From Candidatus Latescibacterota bacterium (GTDB lineage Bacteria; Latescibacterota; UBA2968; GCA-2709665), in NCBI GenBank assembly GCA_965208835.1, contig OZ242358.1:1280001-1344000 (forward strand): DNA of 64,000 nt, written 5' to 3'. Below, one piece after another: positions 56,501 to 64,000 of this stretch. Made by a program: the position numbers and the translations under genes. The first letter of the stretch is position 1. Each line of letters starts with the position of its first letter. The notes under the pieces were generated by a model, which worked only from the letters and a program-made list of their open reading frames with translations, searched no databases and was not told the origin of the DNA.

Positions 56501-58728
56501 CGGTCTTCCGTCAGGCGATGACGATCAAATTGACGGATGAGAAGCGAGGCTTTGCCAAGTCAGACTTCGAACCGTTGAGGCTTCACTATAAGGGCCAGGC
56601 GCTGCAGATCCACGTCATGGCCGAATTCGCACAACGCGGGTTCGACAATATGGCTGACGCGTTGCGACTGGCACTTGACTATTTCAGTCTCACACAGGAA
56701 GCTTTCCTCAGCCGATGGTTGCCGGAAAGGGGCAAGGAAATCGAGCGGGAGACCACGCCCGAATCCTGGCGGGCAATCGTCGAAAGCCTCAATAATCCCG
56801 TGCAGCAGCGCATCGTCGCGGACGATCGGGAACAGGTGAACGTACTCGTGCTGGCCGGGCCGGGGTCCGGAAAGACCCGCGTACTGGTGCATCGCATCGC
56901 CTACCTTGTCCGCGCACGTCGCGAGAATCCCCGCGGAATTCTGGCGCTGGCCTACAACAGGCACGCGGCGGTCGAGATTCGGAAACGCCTGAAGGAGTTG
57001 ATCGGAGACGATGCCCGGGGTGTGACCGTCCAAACCTGCCACGCGTTGGCGATGCGACTCGTCGGTGTGAGTTTTCAGGATAGGGAACGGCGGCCGCTGG
57101 ACGACGACGCGTTCCGTGAGGTGTTGCGCCAGGCGGTGGCTCTACTGCGCGGTGAGGGTCTGGAGCCGGAAGACGCGGGCGATCAGCGGGAACGGCTGCT
57201 CAGGGGCTTCCGCTGGATCCTGGTAGACGAGTATCAGGACATTGGTGAGGAACAGTACGCACTGATATCGGCCCTCGCCGGAAGGACTCTGCAGGATGAG
57301 GACCGAAAACTCACACTCTTCGCCGTGGGCGACGACGATCAGAACATCTATGCCTTCAACGGCGCTTCGGTAGAGTTCATCCGTCGCTTCGAAGCGGATT
57401 ACGGGCCGAGACCCAGCTACCTCATCGATAATTACCGTTCTACCGGCAACATCATCACAGTGGCCAACGACCTGATCGAACCCGCTCGACAAAGGTTGAA
57501 AACCGGACACCCGATCCGCATCGACCGCGCGCGAGCGAAGAAGCCGCCTGGCGGCGAATGGGCTGGCCTGGATTCCGTCGCACGTGGAAGAGTTCAAGTA
57601 CTGCCTTCGATTCCTGATCCGATTTCGCAGGCGCAGGTCGCCATGAAAGAGTTTCAGCGCCTCGCAGATTTATCGCCGAATTGGGATTGGTCCGCGTGTG
57701 CGGTGATCGCACGCGAGTGGAAATACCTGGACCCGGTGCGCGCGTTCTGTGAAGTGAATGGTATCCCGGCGCAGATGGCGAATGAGGGGATACCCGGTTT
57801 CTGGCACCTGCGGGAAACCCGCGCGTTTGTCGAATGGCTGCGCGGCAGGGACGCCCGCCTTGTGGATGCATCGGGCCTGACTGAGTGGGTGGGAGCTCAG
57901 CCGAAGGGGACATGGACCGAACTTCTGCGGCAGGCACTCGACGAGCACGCCCTGGAAGCCGGAAACGGCGAAGTGCCGGTGGACCACTTCATCGAGTGGT
58001 TGGCAGAGTGGGGGCGGGATGTACGCCGCCGCCAGCGCGGGCTCTTATTGTCGACGGCGCACCGCGCCAAGGGTCTGGAGTTCGATCACATCGTGGTACT
58101 CGACGGTGGCTGGGACAAGAGGAACGGTGGCGAAGACGACGACGCGCCACGCAGGCTCTACTACGTGGCGATGACACGCGCTAAACAGACGCTCGCGCTT
58201 GTTCACTTTCAGGGATCCCGACACGGAGGTCGTCCCGTACGGTCGGACACCGTTAGCGAACCAGCACCACCAGCGTACCTGGAGCCGCTCCACCCGGCGC
58301 CCTATAGATTTCCCGATAACGGCGCAATTCTGCACCGCAAGACTAGTGCTGTCGCGGAAAACTCCAGCGAACTCAGCCGCCAATATCGGCGGCCGACACT
58401 GAGTGAGGTCAACTTAGGCTTTGCCGGTCGGCGCCACGCAGGACATCTCGTGCATCGCGCAATTGCTGACCTGTCAACCGGCGATCCGCTCGAGACGAGG
58501 ATTGACGAATACGGGCGATGGGAATTGCTGGACAGGTCGGGTACGGTGGTGGGACGCCTTGCCGAGGCGTTTGAACCTCCGCCGGACATGCAGTGCAAGA
58601 CCGCCACGGTCTACGCGGTCGTGGCGTGGAGCCGCGAAGCATCGGAACCTGGGTTCCGTGAACATGCAAAATGCGATACCTGGGAGGTTGTGGTACCGGA
58701 ACTGGTGTTCGAACCTGAGAGCGGGTAG
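53515..58728 (+). CDS. Fusion: DEDD-like 3'-5' exonuclease + RecQ (SF2) helicase + UvrD/Rep (SF1) helicase, 1737 aa
   Basis: Exonuclease: SIDLEV, GHNLIAFD, VDTL, DPELDA. RecQ: LPTGTGKSLCYQ, DEAH, WGHDFRPDY, ATNAFGMGIDKPDVR, QEAGRAGRD. UvrD: AGPGSGKT, LVDEYQD, VGDDDQNIY.F.GA, NYRS, TAHRAKGLEF, YVAMTRA. Confidence 0.93.
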   Translation: MHPNSPNCYISIDLEVGKNDGRIRAFAAVRTDTDRSMIFQTGKMTTALAELDDFAKGADFLLGHNLIAFDLPHLAAANSNLRLLKLPAVDTLKLNPLAFPRNPYHHLVKHYQDPQLRQGRLNDPELDARLALDVFRDQRRALETVIRDTPDLPLAWHWLTSTAGDGSGIDAFSGNEATGLDALFSALRRNQRPSDAEASAAIGSLLNGNACQNSGQVVIQNPKEFGWPLAYAIAWLSVAGGNSVMPPWVRHQFPDAGKLVRRLRDRPCGESDCEWCNERHDPRKELKRWFGFDDFRPEPADKDGRPMQQNICEAAMAGDHVLGILPTGTGKSLCYQIPALSRYDKIGALTVVISPLVALMADQVAGLEARGISSCVAINGLLSMPERADALDRVRLGDAGMVLVSPEQLRSHSFRRVLDQREIGAWVLDEAHCLSRWGHDFRPDYRYIGRFIREKAGEEPIPPVICLTATAKPDVVADIRQHFQDELQIELSVFDGGAQRTNLEFVVVKTTEPEKFAHIHQILMADLPPDTPGGAIVYCATRRQTEEAAQFLQMKDVAAEYFHAGLQPETKKSVQQRFIEGELRVITATNAFGMGIDKPDVRLVIHADIPGSLENYMQEAGRAGRDRKTARCVLLYTPEDVERQFGMSAYSRLTRREIHGVLRALRNLDRKKRLGGEVVATTGEILGEDHENAFERDSATDDTRVRTAVSWLEETVLLSREENRVQVFPSSLRVNTVKEASAKFQRRRIAEGYRRQLLRIVEALIDADPDEGISTDELMGVSGLSPEGVRRAMYDLEQLGIASNDTALTAFVHAGVARNSRKRFDEAVELENGLIAQMRETAPDMSKGDKWPLFLRLASQKLRDEDVADPLPERLWRILRSIANDGRGEGGDAGSLGIRRRDPDTVNLELRREWTSLAELASRRRAGAKLLLDHLLSCLPPNARGTDLLAETTLGKLLAAITSDIVLKSRNPEKLLDRALLWLHEQEVIRLHKGLAVFRQAMTIKLTDEKRGFAKSDFEPLRLHYKGQALQIHVMAEFAQRGFDNMADALRLALDYFSLTQEAFLSRWLPERGKEIERETTPESWRAIVESLNNPVQQRIVADDREQVNVLVLAGPGSGKTRVLVHRIAYLVRARRENPRGILALAYNRHAAVEIRKRLKELIGDDARGVTVQTCHALAMRLVGVSFQDRERRPLDDDAFREVLRQAVALLRGEGLEPEDAGDQRERLLRGFRWILVDEYQDIGEEQYALISALAGRTLQDEDRKLTLFAVGDDDQNIYAFNGASVEFIRRFEADYGPRPSYLIDNYRSTGNIITVANDLIEPARQRLKTGHPIRIDRARAKKPPGGEWAGLDSVARGRVQVLPSIPDPISQAQVAMKEFQRLADLSPNWDWSACAVIAREWKYLDPVRAFCEVNGIPAQMANEGIPGFWHLRETRAFVEWLRGRDARLVDASGLTEWVGAQPKGTWTELLRQALDEHALEAGNGEVPVDHFIEWLAEWGRDVRRRQRGLLLSTAHRAKGLEFDHIVVLDGGWDKRNGGEDDDAPRRLYYVAMTRAKQTLALVHFQGSRHGGRPVRSDTVSEPAPPAYLEPLHPAPYRFPDNGAILHRKTSAVAENSSELSRQYRRPTLSEVNLGFAGRRHAGHLVHRAIADLSTGDPLETRIDEYGRWELLDRSGTVVGRLAEAFEPPPDMQCKTATVYAVVAWSREASEPGFREHAKCDTWEVVVPELVFEPESG

Positions 58729-58783
58729 GCCTGCGATGATGGGCGACAGGGTGGCAGATGTTATGGCGTCAGGCAGGTAAATC

Positions 58784-59038
58784 TCATGGAAACCGGTTAT
58801 CAAGGTCTCCATAGATGATTTCGCGCAGATCCTGCCACGAGCAGGATTCCAACGGATCGGACGAACGCGGATTGCCCGTACTTAAATCAGGAAGCCGGTA
58901 TTGAGTTCGAGGCTTCGGTCCGGCGAGTACCTCTCTCAGTCCTTCCTCGACCACCGCGCGCAATGTACGCCCCGACTTCCTCGCGTACTGTTTTGCTCTC
59001 GCCAGCAGTTCGTCTTGAATATCAATCGTTGTTTTCAT
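58784..59038 (-). CDS. VapB-like (DUF2191/RHH) antitoxin, orphan
   Basis: 'MKTTIDIQDELLARAK..AR.SGRTLRAVVEEGLREVL', 84 aa. Confidence 0.85.
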   Translation of the reverse strand: MKTTIDIQDELLARAKQYARKSGRTLRAVVEEGLREVLAGPKPRTQYRLPDLSTGNPRSSDPLESCSWQDLREIIYGDLDNRFP

Positions 59039-59169
59039 GATTCCCATATAATACGATACAGTCGAGCAATAGAAGCAAGTATTCGGTCGAAACCGCATGT
59101 CGCCACTGTCACATATTGTCCTAGGTAGAACAGGCGCACCCTCCGCGGGGCGCGATCTCGCGGATTCGG

Positions 59170-60429
59170 TTACTCATCAATCAAGCCTCGCATAAGTAGA
59201 CTTTCAAATCTACCGTCGTCCGCTCCGCTCTCAAGGGCTTGTCCGATCGCTGTCTCACTAAAAAGCGGTCCTTCTACATCGAACGGTTCGATAACGGTTC
59301 CAAGCTCGTCACGTCGCACGTTGAAAATGCCGATCTCCTCCTGGCTGATCGACTCTCGCTTTGCCTTCAATATTGCATCTACGAACAACGGTGAATGCGT
59401 GGTGACAACAAGCTGCCTTTGGTTTGCAGCGGTCTCGTTTGGAGTCGTAAGTGACAGCAGCAACTGTGCGATCAGTTCGAGTCTTCGAGGGTGAACGCCA
59501 TTCTCGGGTTCCTCCAGTGCGACCAGCGCGCCACCCCAGGGATTCACCGCAATCGCGCATAACGCGAGTACCCGAAGTGTACCTTCCGAAAGCACGCGTG
59601 ACGAGTAATCGATGCCAGATTGCCTTATTGACAAATTGAGTGTGCCACTTTGTTCGTCGAGCCAAACGCTCAGATTTTCCACGCTTGGAATGACCGACCT
59701 CAATGCACGCGATACGGCGTCGAAATACTTGGGTTGCTGGGCCTTGAGTTTATACAGAAAGGGCGCGACATACTCGCCATGGATGCCGATATCTATGACG
59801 TCGGCAGGCGGGACCTCGTTGCGCATGGACATCCGCGGCTCGAAGTAGTAAGTCCGCCAATTGAGCAACTCCGCCCGTACCTGATCGAGCCATGGAAATC
59901 CATCTCCGCTCAGGCTCTGATCCGATAGGATTGTGTGATTCAATCCCGTTGGCTCGTTGCGCCTCTTCGCTATTCCCTTGCGTCGTATGCGAAACTGGTT
60001 GCCTTTCCTCTCAATGATTGGATTACCTTTCGCTTTCCCATTCATTGTTAGTTGTGCAAGAAACTCGTCGGATATGCTCAGTTGCCCCGAATTGAAATCG
60101 ATTTCGGGTTCGACGCGATACCTGTACCGTCCCCGAACAGTCTGAAGCTCCGCATCCAGCGAGAAGGAGGCGGCGCCCTGTCGAAGTATGGCCTGTAATC
60201 CCTTCGAAGCGAAGGAAAACGCCTCGAAAGCATGGCCACGTATCGGGAAACGACCGCCAAGTGCATCGAACAAGGTTCGGGAATTTCCTATCCATGAAAG
60301 TGCCTGGATCGCGTCTATAAGATTACTCTTACCAGCCCCATTCGGACCGAACAGCACAGCCAAGCGGGGCAACTCGATCGTCACCTCGCCAAGCGATTTG
60401 AAGTTTCTGGCTGTTAGTCGGGATAGCAT
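59170..60429 (-). CDS. AAA_21/AbiEii-like (RecF/SMC-type ABC) ATPase
   Basis: RNFKSL, GPNGAGKSN, signature LSEGTLR, Walker B EEPENGVHP, VTTHSP. Confidence 0.88.
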   Translation of the reverse strand: MLSRLTARNFKSLGEVTIELPRLAVLFGPNGAGKSNLIDAIQALSWIGNSRTLFDALGGRFPIRGHAFEAFSFASKGLQAILRQGAASFSLDAELQTVRGRYRYRVEPEIDFNSGQLSISDEFLAQLTMNGKAKGNPIIERKGNQFRIRRKGIAKRRNEPTGLNHTILSDQSLSGDGFPWLDQVRAELLNWRTYYFEPRMSMRNEVPPADVIDIGIHGEYVAPFLYKLKAQQPKYFDAVSRALRSVIPSVENLSVWLDEQSGTLNLSIRQSGIDYSSRVLSEGTLRVLALCAIAVNPWGGALVALEEPENGVHPRRLELIAQLLLSLTTPNETAANQRQLVVTTHSPLFVDAILKAKRESISQEEIGIFNVRRDELGTVIEPFDVEGPLFSETAIGQALESGADDGRFESLLMRGLIDE

Positions 60430-60597
60430 GGTGGCCTCATGTCTCGGCAGTTCTGGACGTGATCAATCGTCCACTTCTTTCCGCTGAATCCAAATTGAAA
60501 CATATAACTCGTTGAAGTTCTCCGACCTTACGATCGCAGGTAGGCACCACCCAAGTACGATTCCCGTTGCAATTCGCTGTTCAGGTACCCAAGGTGG

Positions 60598-60720
60598 CTA
60601 CTGCTCGTTTGCCGGTGCCGCGGCATACGAGATCGCCGCATGGATAGCTTCGCGTGAAACCGAAGGGTAACTCTTCGATATCTCATCGGGATCCACGGTG
60701 ATGTGGTCGCGCCAATCCAT
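60598..60720 (-). pseudogene. Internally deleted DUF433-family (antitoxin-like) gene
   Basis: MDWRDHITVDPD|EISKSYPSVSREAIHAAISYAA joins the N- and C-terminal parts of DUF433 with the central GxxCIxGTR..V..IL segment absent; GGAG SD retained. Confidence 0.75.
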
Positions 60721-60871
60721 GGTGTTTCTCCCTGACGTTTCTCCTGCGTGCTGGGAGTCGCCCTTGGCGAACTTTGTCGTGCCACACAAATATCCTGCCA
60801 ACCGCTTCACCATTCCCTGAAAACGCAGGCGTGTGCATTCTTTTGTAGTATCGGACGATCCGACGGTTCCC

Positions 60872-62170
60872 TCAATCCGCGGGGACCATGTCGGGGGCCT
60901 TGCGCGCGAAGGTGTCGATGGGCGGGAGGTTGCGGTCGGGGCCGAGTTCGAGCTGGCGGGGGCCGACCAGGATCTCCAGGTTGTCCCGCATTTCGGCCAT
61001 CTCGAGGTAGGCGGTGGAGGCTTCGACTTCGCCCAGGTCCAGGGTGTTCTTAATCCAGAGCACCCGTGCGTCCTCCGGCTCGATGAGTCCAATGGACTCG
61101 AGCCCGATCTGCAGAACCTCCTCGTCCGTGGGAAAATGCATGGGGATGGAGGCGGCCGGGGGGTGCTGCCCGGTAATGGCGTTGATGTTCATCGCATGAT
61201 AGTCGATTTTCTCAATCAGCCGGTCCGTGGTGAATTCGGCCATGCCGACGCCTACGGCATTGCCGTGGGTCTTTTCCGTGAGGTCCCGGACGAAGATCCG
61301 CAGCACGTTGGGCGTCTCTCCGTCCATCGCGCGGCGTTCGTTGCGCTTGCGTCCGACCACGTTGGTATCGATGCCGGAGCCGCTGATGTCTTTACCCATC
61401 TCGTCGATGATCAGCAGGTCCACCTCGTCGAACGGCAGCCGGGGGCACCAGGCCTTGGCTTTGACCAGTAGTTCCTTTTCCGCGCTTTCGAAATCCCGCG
61501 CGGGCACCGCGGCAATCTGCGCGGTTTCATCGTAGCCGTTTTCCAGCAGGGCGACGCCGAACGTAATCGGCATCTTTTCCCGCACCGTCTTACCCACTAT
61601 GCGCACGATCTTGTCGAACGAATGATGAATAATGGCGCGGTGGTAGATCGTCGCGCCCTTGTGCTTGCCGAGGCCAATGAGCATCATCTTCATCAGGCCG
61701 CTCTCGATCTCACCCACGAAGCCCGTGTGGGGCTTTACGCGGTTGACGACGACCACGTGGTCGGCCTCGGAGGCGTATTTGTCGAAATAGACGGGCATGC
61801 CGAAATCGGTGACGCCGATTTCGATCACGTCCATCGAGGATCTGACGGGGGCGCCGACCGCCGCTTCGGTGATGCCGTATTCGGCGAGAATTCCGGCCTG
61901 ACCCTCGGCGGTGCCGCCGCCGTGGCTGCCCATGGCTGGAACGATAAAGGGCCGGGCGCCCAGCGCGACCATTTCTTCGACAATTGTCGCGATGACCGTG
62001 TCCAGGTTGGCGATACCTCTGGATCCGGCGGCGATCGCAACCGTGTGACCGGGCTTGATTGTCTCGCCGGGATTGAGATTCCGGATCTCGCGCCGGGTGG
62101 CGCCGGGAATGTCGTCGACGCGCGGCGCGTCGAAGCGCTGGCGGATCCGAAACATGTGGGGGTATTGCAT
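60872..62170 (-). CDS. Lactate racemase (LarA/DUF2088)-like domain protein
   Basis: AIAAGSRGIAN, PAMGSHGGGTAEGQ, NRVKPHT, ESGLMKMMLIGLGK, GKDISGSGIDTNV. Confidence 0.8.
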   Translation of the reverse strand: MQYPHMFRIRQRFDAPRVDDIPGATRREIRNLNPGETIKPGHTVAIAAGSRGIANLDTVIATIVEEMVALGARPFIVPAMGSHGGGTAEGQAGILAEYGITEAAVGAPVRSSMDVIEIGVTDFGMPVYFDKYASEADHVVVVNRVKPHTGFVGEIESGLMKMMLIGLGKHKGATIYHRAIIHHSFDKIVRIVGKTVREKMPITFGVALLENGYDETAQIAAVPARDFESAEKELLVKAKAWCPRLPFDEVDLLIIDEMGKDISGSGIDTNVVGRKRNERRAMDGETPNVLRIFVRDLTEKTHGNAVGVGMAEFTTDRLIEKIDYHAMNINAITGQHPPAASIPMHFPTDEEVLQIGLESIGLIEPEDARVLWIKNTLDLGEVEASTAYLEMAEMRDNLEILVGPRQLELGPDRNLPPIDTFARKAPDMVPAD

Positions 62171-62257
62171 GATAGGCCTCCGGTCGAAGAAGACGATCGT
62201 GAGAATTCGGGTCTTGCATCAAGAGCCGTGCGAATGATGTTCGGATGCGAAGGACTA

Positions 62258-63415
62258 TCACATGGCGGCTTCGTAGAGCGCGATGATGTCCTTAAGTGTG
62301 GTGTGGCGCGGGTTGATCTGGATATTTCCGCTCTTCATCGCGTCTTCCGCCAGCACGGAAATACCTTCAGGCGGAACGCCCACTTCGGTGAGCGTGTCGG
62401 GAATGCCCACGTCGGCAGCCAGGGATTGCACCGCCTCCACGGCAACGTCGGCGGCTTCCACGTGGGACAGGCCTTCGATATTCTCACCCAGCGCGACGGC
62501 GATGTCGGCGAATCGCTCCGGGCACGCGACTTTGTTGAAGTCCATCACCCGTGTGAGCAGGATGGCGTTGGCGACGCCGTGAGGGACCCCGTAATGGCCG
62601 CCCACGGCGTGTGACATCGCGTGCACGTTGCCAAGGCGCGTCTGAGAGAAGGCGATGCCCGCCATATTGCTCGCAAGCAGCATCTGTTCGGTGGCTTCGT
62701 AATTGTGGTTGCTTGAAGCGGCCTGCCGCAGGTTCCGTGCAGTCAGCCGTATGGCGTGCAGCGCCAGGCCGTCGGCTATCGGGTTGGAGGCGCGTGCGAC
62801 GTAGGATTCCACCGCGTGGGTGAGCGCGTCCATTCCGGTAGCGGCGGCGATGGGCATGGGCAGGGTGACGGCTACATTGGCATCCAGAATGCCCACGTCT
62901 GGAATGACGTGCGGACCGCCCACCGCGGCCTTGAAATGGTTGTCGTCCGTGACGACGGCGAAAGGGGTGACTTCGCTGGCGGTGCCGTAGGTGGTGGGCA
63001 CGCACAACAGGAAGGGCACCCGTTTCCGGTCCTGCAGGAGACCGAAGTGGTCTTCGATTCGGCCCCCGTTTTCGGCCAGAACTCCGGCGCACTTGGCGGT
63101 GTCCATCGAAGAGCCGCCGCCGATGGCCAGGAGCCAGTCACAACCTGCTGATTCGTAAAGATCGAAACAGGCCTGCACGACGTGGGCCGGAGGGTTTTCT
63201 TCCACGCCGTCGTAAACCGCAAACGGGATCTCTGCGGCCTCGAGGACGCCCGTGGCCTGCTGGGCCACACCGGCCTTGACGAGTCCCTTATCGGTAACGA
63301 CGAGGGCCTTTTTTTCTGTTCGTTCCGAGAGAATCCCAGGGATTTCCGAAACGCTCCCGCGGCCGGCGAAAAGACGCGTGGGGGAATGGAAGGTGAAGCC
63401 GTTTTGGTCCGTCAC
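62258..63415 (-). CDS. Iron-containing alcohol dehydrogenase
   Basis: GGGSSMDTAK, PTTYGTASEVT, TGMDALTHAVE, HAMSH, PHGVAN; GTG start at 63415 after GGGAG. Confidence 0.93.
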   Translation of the reverse strand: MTDQNGFTFHSPTRLFAGRGSVSEIPGILSERTEKKALVVTDKGLVKAGVAQQATGVLEAAEIPFAVYDGVEENPPAHVVQACFDLYESAGCDWLLAIGGGSSMDTAKCAGVLAENGGRIEDHFGLLQDRKRVPFLLCVPTTYGTASEVTPFAVVTDDNHFKAAVGGPHVIPDVGILDANVAVTLPMPIAAATGMDALTHAVESYVARASNPIADGLALHAIRLTARNLRQAASSNHNYEATEQMLLASNMAGIAFSQTRLGNVHAMSHAVGGHYGVPHGVANAILLTRVMDFNKVACPERFADIAVALGENIEGLSHVEAADVAVEAVQSLAADVGIPDTLTEVGVPPEGISVLAEDAMKSGNIQINPRHTTLKDIIALYEAAM

Positions 63416-63520
63416 GTCAAGTACTCCCAAATGTGCGATGGAACCCGGAACTGCCGTGTCTAATTTAGGCGTTACGCCAATTGCGGACAAGCAGATTCAG
63501 CAGTCAGGAAAGGCATAAAG

Positions 63521-63651
63521 GCGGGGAGACGTAAGAAGGTAGACGGTAGAAGAAATCCTTGCCCGGTATGTTATCGCTTCTGGCCTCCGGCACGAGAAGA
63601 AACTTTACAAGGCAGGCAATCTCTCCCCTCTCCCCTCTTCCCTCTCACCGC
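63521..63651 (+). repeat. Heptamer-armed element, copy C5 (131 bp)
   Basis: GC GGGGAGA CGTAAGA AGGTAGA CGGTAGA + 71-bp core + TCTCCCC TCTCCCC TCTTCCC TCTCACC GC. Confidence 0.92.
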
Positions 63652-63724
63652 ATCAAGGAAAACGGCAAGGAACCAGGGGACGTCAGGGCGTGGTTGGGTT
63701 TCAGGGCCAGGAAACTGATCCAGG

Positions 63725-64000
63725 TCAAAAGATCTTGCCTATTTCATCCCGGTCGAACTCGGGAAGGTCGCGATCTGTATCGTTAATGCGGAGCTTGAGT
63801 CCGAATTCGGATGGTTCCGCACGCGCGACAATTTCGCAGGGGATGCCCGCGGCTCGGATGGCGTCGCGGACCCGGTCGGCGTTTTCCGTCGCCACGCCGA
63901 TCAACAGCGCGCCCGATGAGATGACGCCCAGCGGATCGAGCTGGAACGCATCGCAGAGCAGGCGCGTTTCTTCCGAGGCGAAAAGCGCATCCGCTTCCAC
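63725..64000 (-). CDS. AIR synthase/HypE-like protein, C-terminal part (5' end outside window)
   Basis: 'LCDAFQLDPLGVISSGALLI...AGIPCEIV...RDEI'. Confidence 0.7.
   Translation of the reverse strand: MEADALFASEETRLLCDAFQLDPLGVISSGALLIGVATENADRVRDAIRAAGIPCEIVARAEPSEFGLKLRINDTDRDLPEFDRDEIGKIF

Noticed and set aside
60463-60597. In-frame continuation past the DUF433 TAG (possible readthrough)
   Set aside because: The peptide (PPWVPEQ...RKEVDD) resembles nothing I recognise, and DUF433 proteins normally end near this point.
1-64000. tRNA, rRNA, transposase, reverse transcriptase or prophage genes
   Set aside because: No diagnostic motifs found by eye; short ncRNAs could have been missed without covariance searches.

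Overview
A GC-rich bacterial window, mostly housekeeping and catabolic genes: lon, rsgA, tandem lolC/E-like permeases, mutY, aroC, mtnA, rsfS, carA, pyrC, a PhoX-type phosphatase and many oxidoreductases and hydrolases. Secreted dockerin/EF-hand plus LRR proteins and a LytR_C-rsfS pair suggest a Latescibacterota/Gemmatimonadota-like, possibly sponge-associated organism (inference only). No rRNA, tRNA, CRISPR array or transposase was seen. The intergenic DNA is unusually structured. (1) Five copies of a 130-131 bp element have exactly 4+4 variable heptamers (NNNNAGA / TCTNNNN) around a length-conserved symmetric 70-71 bp core. (2) Three MITE types with different terminal inverted repeats (TIRs) share a Correia-like GCGTTG-N38-40-CGCCTTG core; one is nested inside another. 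(3) There are also GAG-heptamer purine/pyrimidine elements, a repeated terminator and nested REP-like hairpins. Two genes are missing from the ORF track: an Rdx-family CxxU selenoprotein with a SECIS-like hairpin and a 54-aa membrane protein. The right end has a 1737-aa exonuclease-RecQ-UvrD fusion next to a decayed toxin-antitoxin/ATPase cluster.
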